Shown here piece by piece: positions 39,391 through 52,675 of a DNA stretch of 64,000 nucleotides (positions are counted from its first letter, which is position 1; each line of letters starts with the position of its first letter). A program made the position numbers and the translations under genes. The stretch comes from Diadema setosum. Taxonomy: Eukaryota. Where the stretch lies: positions 38,728,639-38,792,638 of the forward strand of contig NC_092698.1 of NCBI RefSeq assembly GCF_964275005.1, given 5' to 3'. The notes under the pieces are model-generated. The model was not told the DNA's origin and ran no database searches. It worked only from the letters and a program-made list of their open reading frames with translations.

Positions 39391-42300
39391 TTAAAGATTA
39401 AAGTCTGCTCTTTCAGAATATGATCTTAACTAAAAATTCATGTCTGGCGACTTTTTGTTTGTTTTGAGGTGCAGTGTCACATATAATGTTATATATTAGT
39501 ATTATACACAAATAAATCACACAATTAATGGAAGTATCTCTTCTCAATCCAAGACTGCAACAATTGCTGACATCTTGTAAACCAGTTAAACCCACTGACA
39601 GTATGATAATACATGTACAATGCACATCTTATCCCCTTTGAAACACAGGGTCTCACTCTTCCTTCCAATTTAAATAGTCAACACCTTTTTGTGCACTTCA
39701 TTTTGTTTTATGGCTGTGACATTTGCACAACTCTGAGAGATCACATATTTAGCACAGACCTTGGCACATTAATATCGCTGATTTAAAAGAAAGCCCCAAT
39801 TTAACAATGTTTCTGGAATCACCAATTTGCCCTAGTCAAAGCCACTCTCTCTTGTTCAAGAAAAAGACATTTTCGAAATGTCACATGGGATGAATGGATG
39901 GACAAAGTTATATAGCGGTCACATCAAGATTGTGAGATCATAATGTGTATCAAGGCATTCATGTCACTAAAAGAATAATAAGTGTCTATAAAATTAAATG
40001 AGGAAAATATAATAAGGGCTTAAAATGTTATTTCCTCCGAACATTTGTTAAATGTATATGTTTACCTATGAAGGTGTACAGTGGTTAATAGGTTTTTGAT
40101 CACTTAAAGTGTCCTTTTAAAAAAATTCTCTATCTAATGATACAATTCAGCAGTTTCTAAAATGAATGACTCTCTAAAGGAATGTGAAAGGCCATACAAT
40201 AACATTCAGTACCACACCCTACTCTGATATAAGAGTTTGACACACTTCTTCCCTACCAGATCATTTCAGTTTAGCTACATTCAGCCAACCAGTCAGCAAT
40301 GCATGTCAAGCAAAATGTCTTAAGCTCTGAATAAATCCAGGGAAAAATAGAAACGAGCCTGCAGTTATAACCTCACTATATCAAACCAACAAATACACGA
40401 TAGTTGGGGTGGGGTTTATAATTCAGAATTACCTCACTATAACAGTAATCTTGTTAAAGCCATGCTTGCTTAAAGGTGGCTGTTCTGCTGTAGGATAACA
40501 CTGCAAAGGTTGGCAACATCTTGTCTAAAAGTAACTCAAAAGTGAGCTGATTATAATACAACTGAATTGTAGCACCACCTTTCCAGTTTGAGGACACTTC
40601 GCTCTTTACACTCAGCAAACAAAGAGTGCATAAAAAACGAACAACAGCATGATGAAGCATTTCATTTGAGACTAGACAGAGCAGAGAACACTGAATTACT
40701 GTAGTTAGGCTCAAACTGCATTAATGTTTGTAATCAAACTGACTTTTGAGTATCAATATAAGGAAAACATTATAAGCACGCTCAGGATTACATCATTCCA
40801 ACAGGCAGCAAAGCTCAGCACACAATATCAATCATGAACTGGTGAAAGAACCATCAATCATGTGAGAATTCCCTATCATGATATGACAGGATGAAAACAA
40901 CACCTCCATCTTATTGCAACATTTCCACACTCAGTGCATTGCTAAGCAGTACTATTGCATCTTGTAATCACCTTGTCTACTCCGAAGCTGAACTACAACA
41001 ACAGAGTGTGATTCTGTGAGTTTCTCAAGTTCACAAATTTCAGTGAAATCATTCATGAAAATAAACTAGAAACAGAAGAAAATTATGATCATATGTGCTC
41101 AAAGACATTTAAACGTAACTACAGCAATTCGACTCCAGCACGCAGTTGACTTTCAGATGCCTCCAATCTATCACGCATTCACTATACATGTATAAGCCAT
41201 AAGTATGTGGCTCCTCATTTGCCTTTGAACAAAGGTCATCCATCTTGACCACTGACCAAGGATTGACCGTATCTGTACTCATGAATTATTTCCCATTTCA
41301 TTAATGTCCATAAGACAAAAATCACATATCACTGGATTTACAAATCTGTAGCCAAACTTCTGTGATGATCTGCTAGTTGTCTATCTAGTCAATGCATCTA
41401 CAGCTCATGCAGTATACCAAACCAAGTTCTCAGGCAATCTGCAGAACTGTTCCTCTTGAATCCCAGAAAAGAGACATGGCACAAAGAGACTGACGGACAT
41501 ACCACCCCAAAAACGTAATAAATGCCTTCAACACTCTTGGGAAGAGACATAAAATAGATGCTTAAAGTATTTACTCATTGTTCATCTCATATTGGCCCCA
41601 ATCATCATAAAATCATACATGACACATGAGCAACAAAGCTATCAAATAGGATTTCTTCAAGATTTTTTTTTGTTTTGTTAATCTATTGAGGCAAAAATTC
41701 TATTAACAGAAAAAGAGAAAACTCTAGAATTTCTGACACCTTGTAGCTCATATACAGACTACAATGTTTTCTCCATATATCAATGAAGAGATGACCTCCT
41801 ACTGCACTTTCTTTTTTTTTTTTTTTTGTCAAATGGCACAGACACCTTGGTGATTTCTTTATCAACTGGCACAGATAGCCTGGAAACTATATGTCAATAA
41901 ACAAATATTACCCCCCCCCCCCCCACCTCCGTTTTGTGGCCATAACTTTTCTGTTGGCCTTAGAAACATTGCTACAATTGAATGGGCTTGCTACCTTGTA
42001 CAACTACGTCCAGTTTGGATGGACAACTGAGAAATAATGAAAAGCTTGGTACGCAAAGGGATAATACATTGGTAGCATAATAACCTACTACATTGGCAAT
42101 CAGTAGAGTACAGGTATATTTGGAGGTTGAAATAATGATGATTTGCTTACAATGCTTGTGTAATCTGTAAAGAATAATACAAAAGGAATGTGTGTTACTC
42201 AAAAAGTTTGCCTGGAACAATTTCATTTGAATAAGCCATGTATTAGGACTTTAATACCAACCTGTGTCTCGTAAAAGAGCAAGATAAAGATTGTCCAAAC

Positions 42301-43436
42301 GTGAGAGACGTAAAAAAAAAAAAAAAAAAACACTCAGTAAGTGTAGAATTCCTGATCTTCTCATTTGTCTCACAAATTTTGCTGTAAAACATGAAGAGTA
42401 AACATGCAAAAACTTCCAACTGTAGTACCAAAAGTCTCCGTACTAACAGATAATCAAATCCTATCAAATTCATCAAATTATCACTCTTTCCTCTTTGTTA
42501 ATGCCCACATAACTAGCTGCAATTTGATCGCCACTGATACTGATACTGTACACTCATAATTTACAGCATGTTGACAGATATTTGTACTACATAAATGTAT
42601 AATTAAAATCACATATTTACAATGCTCTCTACTTAAGAGCAAGCAAGTAAAACTGGCAACATACTCCCAAGAGTAAAACCACATAACTAACAAAAATAGA
42701 TTTCAGAAAATTGATGATGAGACTGCATTGATAAAACCCACAAAATATAAAGTCAAATCAAATTTTCAAGGATAAACCTTAACTTTCAGCAGCCACATTA
42801 CCTCCTCCACTTAATACCATTTCCACCATTGGCTAAATAATGATGACATTCTATCAGACATCATAAACTATACTAACTTTAGTTGAATTTTTTTTCTCCA
42901 TTGATACCAGTTCATGTCAAAATATAAACCAGTAGACCAAAGACTGAAATCCCAAAACTGACCATTATGTTGAAGGACTGTCTACAGTCAAGCTGTGATA
43001 CTAACATTGGGAACACACTTGTACATATGTAACATAAGCTTTATGTAAGAAGACAAGACCAAGTCTTGAAACCAGAGTTAAGTTTCTACTCAGGGCTCCA
43101 AACATGACACAAACACATTTGTAAGCTTTGGTATGCAAGTTTGTCACAGTGCCTTTTTATCCACAGATGTTTGCACGATGAATTCATTTTTATTTCTTCT
43201 CTCTGCTATCAAGATCAGCTCAGCAGTACAAGTGTTCTGAATATGACTGTCCCTGGAACTCTAAATCTTCTGTGATTGGCAGCTTCCCATCCGCTTGCCA
43301 TGACAAATTATGTTTCTCACCACTCTACCATAAGTGGCCAACATAGAGTCAGGCTTTTTTGTTTACGTATTTCAGATCCAGTAGAAATCACAGACATCTG
43401 AAATTGAGTTGAGACAATGAGAGCACAGGTAGGACC

Positions 43437-43580
43437 CTATTTCCCATATCGTCGAGTTGTGTAGTTTCGGATGAAGTAGCCTGGTGTACTCCAGTCACTG
43501 GCCGGTGTTGGTGTCTTGTAGTAACGTGAGACAGCACTGTTATAGATGGGCAGTAGTTCTGATGCCTCACTGGACAGGAC
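43437..43580 (-). CDS. Pdk: PDK terminal exon: VLSSEASELLPIYNSAVSRYYKTPTPASDWSTPGYFIRNYTTRRYGK*
   Basis: Minus-strand acceptor is cccatacAG. The stop codon sits at plus 43437-43439. It matches ALSTDS(V/F)ERLPV(Y/F)NKSAWRHY.T...DW. AATAAA lies on the minus strand near plus ~43190. Confidence 0.8.
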   Translation of the reverse strand, partial: VLSSEASELLPIYNSAVSRYYKTPTPASDWSTPGYFIRNYTTRRYGK

Positions 43581-43653
43581 CTGTATGGGTTTGCACACAT
43601 AAAATGGATCCCTAGTAAGGTATGTCAAGCTAAAATTGTAACACTTTGCATAT

Positions 43654-43655
<2 letters not shown>

Positions 43656-43689
<34 letters not shown>
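43656..43689. repeat. (GT)n microsatellite just 3' of the PDK last exon
   Basis: tgtgtgtgtg run. Confidence 0.9.
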
Positions 43690-43690
<1 letters not shown>

Positions 43691-44335
43691 ATATAATTAT
43701 GTTGGTGTGTCCCAGTTTGGCCATTCATGTGTTCATGCTTTTAAAGAACAACTGATGGTGTACACACCTGCTTTGGATTTAACAAACACTCACTATGGAC
43801 AATCTTGGAGGCTGGAAAAGCACAAAGGCTAATGATCATGTAGACATTGGAATTCACAAGGCCAGACATCAGTACATGTATACACTATACCTAATTCCCT
43901 GGGCTTTTTCAATATGTATCTTTTATGTTCACCATTAGGTGCTTAGGAATGAAATACATATAAAACTTACAAGATAGATCAGTCAAAGCTTTAGAACTTT
44001 TCAAATATGTGACCGCCCAGCTAAAAACCCACAAAAAGTAGGTCAACATTAACTTCTACTCTTCTAGTACATTGTTTAATCAAGACAGAGCTCTAAGATT
44101 TCAAACGATATATAACTTTTTAAAATTGGACCATCCTAATTGACAAAAATTCAAAAAAAAGTGATCAAAATAAGAGAGTTAGGAGGTGCAATTTCAATGA
44201 AAAGGGAGAAAACGGGATTTAAAGACTTGGATTGCTCAAGTGTGCTGTGCAGAAGTATCGATGAAAACATGTCCTATTTCACAGTAAAAGCAGTTTCTGT
44301 ATGAAAAGGAAAATACATGGACAACAAAAATTGCT

Positions 44336-44936
44336 AATACAGTTCGAGCTCGATTATCCGGCCATGTCGGGACCAGCGCTCATCCGGATAAGCGAATTGG
44401 CCGGATATGAGAGACACAATGTTAACAGTGGCGGATCCACAGGGGGGGCGCAACCGGCGCACACCCCCCCCCCCTTTATTTTTCGTTAAAAACAAAAGAA
44501 ATAAAAAGAAAAAAAATGAAATGAAACCCGGAAGTGGCACCAGAAATATTAATCATGCCCCCCTTTACAGAATTCCTGGATCCGCCCCTGGTTAATGTAT
44601 ATAGCTGCCGTCCCAGTGCACTGGCAGCTAGGCAGGTAGTGTACCCCGCAACGGTGGTGTAATCTATGCTAGCCTGCGCAAAATTGTAATCTCTTCTTCA
44701 CAAAAATAAAGTATATACTATCTTTATGTGAAAATCATACATGTTTTACCTCATTAGATATTGAGAAACCTATCATGCATATCTTATGAAATTAGTGAAA
44801 TAGATCCATGAAAGTCACTGTTTTTTCCCAATTTTTGGATAAAAAAAAAAGTCCTTCACTGAATGAACGCGTCCGGATAATAAGAGATTTCCGGATAAAA
44901 GGAGGCCGAATAATCGAGGTCAAACTGTATCTTGAT
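44336..44936. mobile_element. MITE with ~25-bp TIRs ACAGTT(C/T)GA(G/C)CTCGATTAT(C/T)CGGCC (~600 bp). It contains an internal ~170-bp G/C-run hairpin module that is also present at 54578-54766.
   Basis: Left end is acagttcgagctcgattatccggcc. The right end, reverse-complemented, is acagtttgacctcgattattcggcc. The internal module gtggcggatccacaggggggg...aaaaaaaatgaaatgaaacccggaagtggcaccagaaa...cctttacagaattcctggatccgcccctgg recurs at ~54578-54766 (a 27-base block is identical apart from one substitution). Confidence 0.5.
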
Positions 44937-45430
44937 CTCAGTTTAATTTTAAGTCACCAAATTTTGACAGTAGGCAAGAGAAAAGATTACTCTCCCAGGT
45001 AAAGACAAACTTACAAATCTTGAGTCGGTCACCACGAGTGACATATTTTGGGTCAATATCAGAGAATTGTTATTGGCTGTGACTTTTCGTGGGTTTTGAG
45101 CTGGATGTTCACATATACTCATTTTACTGCACATGACTTGATGTGATATCTGGTCTTCACATGATTCTATTTATTTGTAATATTTTTCTCTCATTCATGA
45201 AGGAAACATTGAGGTAATTTACAAAAGCTGACATCGCAAACAAGTAAAAGAAGTAAACAGTTCAATCCATCAAGCCACTTTACAGTGGTTTATACATCGA
45301 GTTGGCAATCATGCTAAAGCGGATTCAGCATTTCACTTATGAAAGCCTACAATACAAACCTTTCACCATTTTTTCTCTTCTATCATATCCTAATCAAATG
45401 ATATTAATGGCGAAATGCTTCCTTCTTTAA

Positions 45431-46205
45431 CCCTATTTTAACTGGGCTATTTGAGACTAAGTTTTTACTGGGGGGGGGGGATCAATTTGAACCCCCCCCC
45501 CCCTTCAGATCTCGGCCGCGGATCGCGTGATTGCCGCGAAATTTTGCCTGAAGATAGAGCCAGATGTCAACTACAAGATTACATGGTCATACAATAGAAA
45601 AAAATTGGCTTTCTATTTTTAGTAAATTAATTATGCAAATTTACGCATGAAATCATATTTTCACCTATAACTCCATTAAAATGACTGATGGATCACTAAA
45701 TTTTCGTGTCAGAGTTCCTAAAGACACGTCAAACAATTTTCTTGTAAAAAAATAGCAAAATCAAAATCAGTTTCTTTTGTTTTTATTGTTTTGTTAATTT
45801 CTTATGTATTTCATTGTTTTTTCGACCTTTTGTTTTCAACTGTTTTTTCGCCAAAATTTGTTGCAGGCACTTTTCCAAGCTTATCTACATTAGAATTGAT
45901 TAATTTCAATGGTTAAAAGTTAAAATAATCTCATTTATATCAATTTAACAAAAAAGCACATTTTGCATTGGATTTGCACATGATATCATGAATTTGAGCC
46001 GTTTTCGGGTTGACATGCATATGCAAAATGTTACGTAACTTCAGAACAGAGTACCGGACGTCACAAATTTGGTCTCAAAATATGCGGGAGACTTCAATGA
46101 AAAAAGTCATGAAACGACGCGGCAAAATCTTTGCGGAATCGTGACGCGAAATGTCGAGGGGGGTCAATTTTACACCCCCCCCCCCCCCCCCCAGTTGGAA
46201 TAGGG
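45431..46205. mobile_element. piggyBac-like MITE, copy 2 (~775 bp), TTAA-flanked, same orientation as copy 1.
   Basis: Start is TTAA|CCCTATTTTAACTGGGC and the end is GCCCAGTTGGAATAGGG|TTAA. It shares internal blocks with copy 1 (gagatctcggcc, aaattttgc, aattaattatgcaaatt, cttatgtatttc..ttgtttt). Confidence 0.65.
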
Positions 46206-46544
46206 TTAAAACGTATCATACAACCACCGACTTTGCCAAGATTAATCACACTGAGCCAGTTCAATGAACTTGCTTATTTAACATTTCATAAACAAGAGTA
46301 TCTATGTTCTCAAATGTTTGCATGTTACTATTTCCACAATGTTTCAGCCAAGTGTGAAAAATGTGAGATTTTTCAAGCTACTAAATATTTCATGTTAACA
46401 GCAGATTGCTGCACACAGTCTGGCTCCCCAAGTGCTGATCCCCATTGCAGTAGTTTGTCTTGTTTGTTTTTTAAACCCAAGTAATTACAACAAGGCAAGT
46501 GCCAAATTGTGTCTCGCCCATTCGCATACAAGGAATTAATATTT

Positions 46545-47690
46545 TTTATAACCCCCAGAAGTTAATTGACCTGCTTATGACCTTTGACCTTGTGGTGACC
46601 TTCAACACCCCAAGGGACATTAACTATCCAAGTTTGGTCACAAATGGACAAGGGGATCAAAAGTAATGAGCTATAATCGAAATGCACCATAAAAACTTAA
46701 CATTGGGCCCTAAAAATTTGTTGACCCCTTTTTGTGACCTTTGACATTGTGATGACCTTTAACTCCCCAAGGGACATCTACCCTCCAAGTTTGGTCACAA
46801 ACGGACATAGGGATCAAAAGTTATGAGCCACAATCAAAACGCGCTCTAAAAACATAACATTGGGCCCTAAAAGTTTGTTGACCCCTGTATGTGACCTTTG
46901 ACCATGTGACGACCTTCACCTCCCCAAGGGACATCTTTCATCCAAGTTTGGTCACAAACGGACAAAGGGATCAAAAGTTATGAGCCATAAACGAAATGCG
47001 CCCTAAAAACTTAACATTGGGCCCTAAAAGTTCGTTGACCCCTGTCTGTGACCTTTGACCTTGTGGTAACTTTCAACTTCCCAAGAGACATCTACCATCA
47101 CCAAAGTTTGATTGCCATTGTAGCAACATGTGCTGAGTTACATGTGATAAGAGAGTCTTGCAAGTAAACTTTAACATATGACCTCAAACGACCTTTGACC
47201 TTATCATGTGACCTCTTACGGCACCATAACATGAAGGTACCCCCAGTGCATCCATCACCCAAGTTTGATTGTAGCAACATGTGTCGAGTTACGTGTGATA
47301 AGAGAGTCTTGCAAGTAAACTTTAACGTATGACCTCAAATGACCTTTGACCTTATCCTGTGACCTCCAAAGGCACCATAACATGAAGGTACCCCCAGTGC
47401 ATCTATGACCCAAGTTAGGTTGTAATCCAAGCAACTTATGTGAAGTCATTTGTCAAAAGAGAGTCTTGCAGGTAAACTTTAACATAGAAAAGAGAGTCTT
47501 GCACATACTCTTTAATATATATGACCTCAAATGACCTTTGACATCATCACATGACCTCTGACAACACCATAACATGAAGATACCCCTAGTGCTTCTATCA
47601 CCCAAGTGTGGCTGCCATTGCTGTAACAGTTGCCAAGTTATGCATCATAAGAGAGTCTTGCAGGTAAACTTTAACATTTGTGACGGACGA
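46545..47690. repeat. Intronic tandem array (~1.1 kb) in the PDK gene. It has ~3.5 copies of a ~157-bp unit followed by ~3 copies of a related ~140-190-bp unit. Every unit carries TGACCTTTGACC (a DR1 of AGGTCA half-sites on the opposite strand), often as TGACCTCAAA(C/T)GACCTTTGACC (DR4+DR1).
   Basis: gtgacctttgacc recurs at 46579, 46735, 46892, 47049, 47201, 47343 and 47534. The conserved flanks are ccccaagggacatcta...caagtttggtcacaaa(c/t)ggaca and gagagtcttgcaagtaaactttaaca. Confidence 0.8.
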
Positions 47691-48041
47691 CGGACGGACG
47701 ACGAACAGACACCATTTGGATCCCTTAGTCTCGCCTTCACCTCCGGTGGGCGAGACAAAAATGAAAACCCTCCTCTTTCTCAGAATTCACATGAGTAATG
47801 CAAATCCTACCAGACTCTTGTAAGATCCTAGAGCTTACATGATCTTCAATATCAATGTCATACAGTAGCAAATTTAAATTTGTCTAAGTAACACCATACT
47901 AGTCAACATAGACAAATGCGTAATCATATATCATCTGAGGTAGTTATTGAACCCTTCCTAAATCCACAATAAGAACACTTGGTGAAGGGCGAGAGCTGGC
48001 CTCAAAGAATTACTATGAAAATCATAGAGCTGCATCATTAC

Positions 48042-48155
48042 CTTGAGGTAGACCACAGCATCAGTGCCATAGCCATCCATGGAGGAAAGAGTCAGGTCGC
48101 CATGGAAATACTTGGCATACAGTCTTGAGATGGGCAAGCCATATCCATAGCCAGC
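48042..48155 (-). CDS. Pdk: PDK exon: [38 protein letters not shown]
   Basis: Minus-strand acceptor is ctttttctAG and the donor is AAG|GTAATG. It is near-identical to [14 protein letters not shown](K/R)YFQGDL.L.SMEG.GTDAVIYLK. Confidence 0.88.
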
Positions 48156-49379
48156 CTAGAAAAAGAAGATGATCCAGGTCAGTGATTCTCAATATCTACA
48201 CATGGCCTGGTTCTCAACCCAACTTTAATCTATAAATGAGAGGAACAAACATTCCCTGGGAAAAAATTAGGAGGGTTTAGTGTTTGTTTGATAATTGTTG
48301 TCATTTGACATTATTTTTCTTTACCAATTTAACATATTTTCAACCTTTCATTGCGTTTGAAATTAAGGGAGATCTTTTGAAGTCAGGTTATCAGGTCTAT
48401 GGACTACCAGTAATGTGATTAAGCAATGATACTGCCTTTACTAATTCAACAAATTACAACAGATAGCAGCTAATTTGTTTGCCGTCCTCTAAGACCCTCT
48501 TTAAGACTGTAACATTCCCAATAAAGTTACATCCAGCTTCACAAGCATCCCACTTAGCTGCAAGTCATCTGTTTGGCCGTACCTTCTCAAGCTGTCTGAT
48601 TGGCTATATTTATGGGTGCAGAAATAGCACCAAAAAGCCATCGCCATCAATTATGATATATTTTTTGTTTTTCTTTTTTAAAATGATATCAAATTGCAAG
48701 AGGAGTCCAGTATGCAAGACATGGCTCACAGCACTGAGTTACAGTTTGTGTCATAGGTTCAATAGCAATAGCAATTTTTTAATGTATTCATGTGTAGGTG
48801 TTCTTTATGTGCATGGCACATAATGAAGCACATAAACTGTTCTAATGTTAGCCCTGCAGCTATCGGATTTTTTTTTTTCACTGCCTGTTGTAAACACACA
48901 TTAATGGACTATTTGATCTTCATGCAAATTGCTACTTGCATAATATTCCTAAACATATTTCCATCTCTCTTTCACTCATAAACCATTTTGTCACCTCCAG
49001 TCAAATATATCACTCAGCATAGTGTGTTGTGCTTTTACAATAAAAATAAGAATACAAAAACAGCTCAGAATCAAGACTAGGCACGGCTCCACATCTACAC
49101 ATAAGCATAGTGCAATGACACAAAGTGAAGCTAAAGCAACTATAATAGAGACTATGGTTTTCATGTAACATCAGTGGTGGTATTTGCAAACAATAGCAAA
49201 CCCATTGTGAGAGAAACCTATGCCTAAATCACAGTGAAAAGCAGGCATTGTCATAAATCTTTTTGAATACCCATCTCTGTCTATGTTAGTACCAGCTGAA
49301 AAGTTCTCAACATACTATGGGCTAGGGCATGCATGTAATGAGACTTGACTGGATAGCTGCCAAACTCTGGGTGACTTAC

Positions 49380-49493
49380 CAGGGGAGGGATAGTGCTAAC
49401 ACCAGGTTTAGGAGGAGTCGGTGCCGTTGAGTACATATAGTTGAAGAGTTTGTCAATCTCACTCTTCGGGATTCCACCCCCTTCGTCTGTCAC
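49380..49493 (-). CDS. Pdk: PDK exon: [38 protein letters not shown] (ATP-lid / G-box region)
   Basis: Minus-strand acceptor is ttttggcAG and the donor is CTG|GTAAGT. It matches [26 protein letters not shown]. Confidence 0.85.
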
Positions 49494-49865
49494 CTGCCAA
49501 AAACAATGAGACATCTAAGGATTAAACTGTGTTGACTCAACTTTCCTTATAATGAAATGTTTGACCCTGAATGCAAACAAATTAAAACTTGTTTGTGTAG
49601 CAGGTGCTGTAGTGATGTTTTGACACAAAAGGTAAGACAAGGATTTGTCTACATCACAATCTATTTAAGTGACCAAAATAACATTGAACTTATAAACCTT
49701 CAAGTTATTTATGAAAAAAAAAAGATAAAAAAACCATCTGAAAGTAGGCAAGTATATACTAGCACAGCACAGTGGACTATTCTCAAAATGTATGTTTCTA
49801 ACTCACTAAAGTGGGCAACAAATACACAGTGTGGTCATACATGACAAGTCATTAAAATAAATCAT

Positions 49866-50100
49866 AACTGAACTTTAACAAATGAATGATTCACTTTCAA
49901 CATGATATGGAACACTGTACTTTCTTAGAATAGCGCTAGAATGACCACAGGTTCCCCCAGCCCTGTATCTCATTGAAGAAATAACTGAACTTTAACAAAT
50001 GAATGATTCACTTTCAACATGATATGGAACACTGTACTTTCTTAGAATAGCTCTAGAATGACCACAGGTTCCCCCAGCCCTGTATCTCATTGAAGAAGCA
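49866..50100. repeat. Direct tandem duplication, 2 × ~118 bp (aactgaactttaacaaatgaatgattcactttcaacatgatatggaacactgtactttcttagaatag.gctagaatgaccacaggttcccccagccctgtatctcattgaagaa).
   Basis: Two near-identical adjacent copies are visible directly. Confidence 0.85.
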
Positions 50101-50324
50101 AATCTACATAGTGGAAGAACAGCTATACAGATCTCAGCATCATAATCACAAAAGATATGGAGTGGCTGTACAAGAATTGCTTTTTTAAAATGTACAAGAA
50201 AGAGTTAAGGCAAGACTGACAGACATATAAAAGTGTGTGCTTCACATTTTGATTTTATGTTTCCAAGAGCCTGTAAAATCATATATATTACATATAATTC
50301 AACTTTTGCAACACATGACTTTAA

Positions 50325-51085
50325 CCCTAAAAAGACTGGGGGGGCCTAAAAGGCCCCCCTCGACATTTCGCGCGATTACTCTGCAACACGCAATGCTCTC
50401 GCCGCGATGCTCTATGACTTTTTTCTTTCAAGTTTCCCGCACATTTTGACACCAAATTTGTGACGCCCGGGGGTACGGTTCTGAAGTTACATAACATTTT
50501 GTACATGCATGTGAGGCCGAAAATGGCTCAAAAATGTGATTTTGTGTACAAAGTCAATACAAATTGAGTTTTTTCACATGGTTCATATAAATATGCTTAT
50601 TTTTGCTCTCAATGGCTAAAATTAATTTCTTTTAGGAGTATTATGCTTCAAAAAGTGTCTGCCACAAATTTTGTTTAAGAAAACAACTAAAACAAAAGGT
50701 CGAAAAAACAAAGAAATACATAAGAAATTCATGAAACAATAAAATAAATAAGAAATTAATTCTGATACCGATTTTCTTTTCAAGTGCATTTGCTAAGAAT
50801 GCCACAAAGAATAATTAGACCAAAAATGAGCACTTTTGGAGCTTTATTTACTGATTTAGATCAAAGAGTCTGATTTCTCGCATAAATTAGCATAATTAAT
50901 CAAAATAAAATAAAAGAAGACTATTATGGAAAATTTAAATATACGATCTTGTAGATGACATCGCACACTACCATTGTGCAAATTTTCGCGGCGATCACGC
51001 GATCCACGGCCGAGATCTTAAGGGGGGCCCTTTAGGCCCCCCCCCCAGTCTTTCGAGCTACCAAAATAGCCCAGTCTTTTTAGGG
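50325..51085. mobile_element. piggyBac-like MITE, copy 3 (~760 bp), inverted relative to copies 1 and 2, inside a PDK intron.
   Basis: Start is TTAA|CCCTAAAAAGACTGGGGGGGCC and the end is GGCCCCCCCCCAGTCTTTTTAGGG. The same internal blocks appear as reverse complement. The 3' TTAA is degraded (gtaa). Confidence 0.6.
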
Positions 51086-51169
51086 TAATCAATAAAACCA
51101 CTTCCACTAAAGTGAACATACACTTCCATGTATAAACTCTGATAATGCTTTTTTTTTTTTTCTACATAC

Positions 51170-51271
51170 CTTGATAGTGACGTCTTCCTTGCCTTTGGTC
51201 ACCAGTATCCTGATTGCTGGATACTCGCTGGCTGATGTACCTCTGTGCTCCATCACTGCACGCATTGCATT
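51170..51271 (-). CDS. Pdk: PDK exon: NAMRAVMEHRGTSASEYPAIRILVTKGKEDVTIK
   Basis: Minus-strand acceptor is ctttatcttccAG and the donor is AAG|GTATGT. It matches NSMRATVE......YPA(V/I)K.LVTLGKEDLSIK. Confidence 0.82.
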
Positions 51272-52598
51272 CTGGAAGATAAAGTGAAGACAGCAGCCTC
51301 TAATATTCAGTCTTTAGGGACAGTAATTTTGAAGCATTTTCTCTTCTTGACCATCATCATCATACACAGGAAACAGATTCTCAGCAGGGTTGTACATGAA
51401 AGCTGTCAAATGTTCTGAACAAAGGGTTTTTCTGAAACCACTTCACTATGGTAAATTCAGTGATATAATTTCAATGCCTTGAACTTGATGTGCATTAAGG
51501 AAATTGTTGACAATCCTGTACTTTTCTTTCTCATTTTTCTGCAGCAGTTTTTAAGTATCCCTCAATTACAGTTTCATGGTAAGAGTTTTAACAAACTCCA
51601 ATTGTAATGATCGCAGACAGCCAACAGTTAGTTTACATGAGCTGTGTCAGGATATGGGACACACCTGTGAAAGAGTAAAGATCACTGGTACGTATCTCCT
51701 TCCTCTGCCAGCACAATGAACTGATTAGCATTGAAAGATAACCATTTAAAGTACTTGGATAACGTGTAGTGATTATCAAGTGCAACTATTAAACTTTGCA
51801 TTGGGAAAAAAAAAAGGAATCAGAACAAAATCCAACAATTAAAAGAAAATTCCATCCTGATATTATGTTGCTTTGTATGAAACAAAAATACTACATATAG
51901 TAAAAATTTTGAAAAAATGGGCACATAGAAAGAATTATGGATTGTTTAAGTTTAGAGAGTAAGTAAAATGTACAACTGTGTGACGTTATGTTGAGCAGCT
52001 CTCCACTTTTTTGAACACAAAAATCTCTCTCATTTTCACTTTCTCACATATTTGAGCACAGATACAACTTATTGACTGAGGATGACAGACAAATATGTAT
52101 TACTCTTTCTATGTAACCAAGAATAGGCTTGAAAACAATTTTCCAACAATGCAAAATTAAAATTGGATGGAGAGCTGCTTTATACCGGGCCTAAATCACA
52201 TTGAGTGGCTAATTTGTATTACTCTCCAAACTTTGGCAGTTCATAACTTTTTTGTGTGTGTTTGATTTTCCCTCAAATTTTCATTGATCTATTCCATATC
52301 ATTACATGATAAAATGGAATTTCCCTTTAAATTTCATACAAAAAGTGTAAACAGCAGCATATTCCTGTATTTATGCAGTACTATATCAACTAAGGTAATG
52401 TGGTTTCTTAGCCCTTACACAGCATTGGCTTGACACACAGTCTCATCTCCCATGACACATGACTCAAGCCAAGTTCAGAACCTTCAAAGCTTTTTGATAA
52501 TCACATGCCTCTATTATGTGTTAGCCTCAAAATGGGTCAGTCCACTCTTTCATATCTCCTATCATTGACCTCAGCCTTAATGTCTGGTTCTCTCTTAC

Positions 52599-52675
52599 CT
52601 TGAGAAGCTCAAACATGATGTGGTAGAGATGGGAGGGTACATACACCATGGTGATATTATCACTCTTGTCCCGAG
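52599..52675 (-). CDS. Pdk: PDK exon: RDKSDNITMVYVPSHLYHIMFELLK
   Basis: Minus-strand acceptor is ttttactttacacAG and the donor is AAG|GTAAGA. It matches PIQVVYVPSHLFHMLFELFK. Confidence 0.82.
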
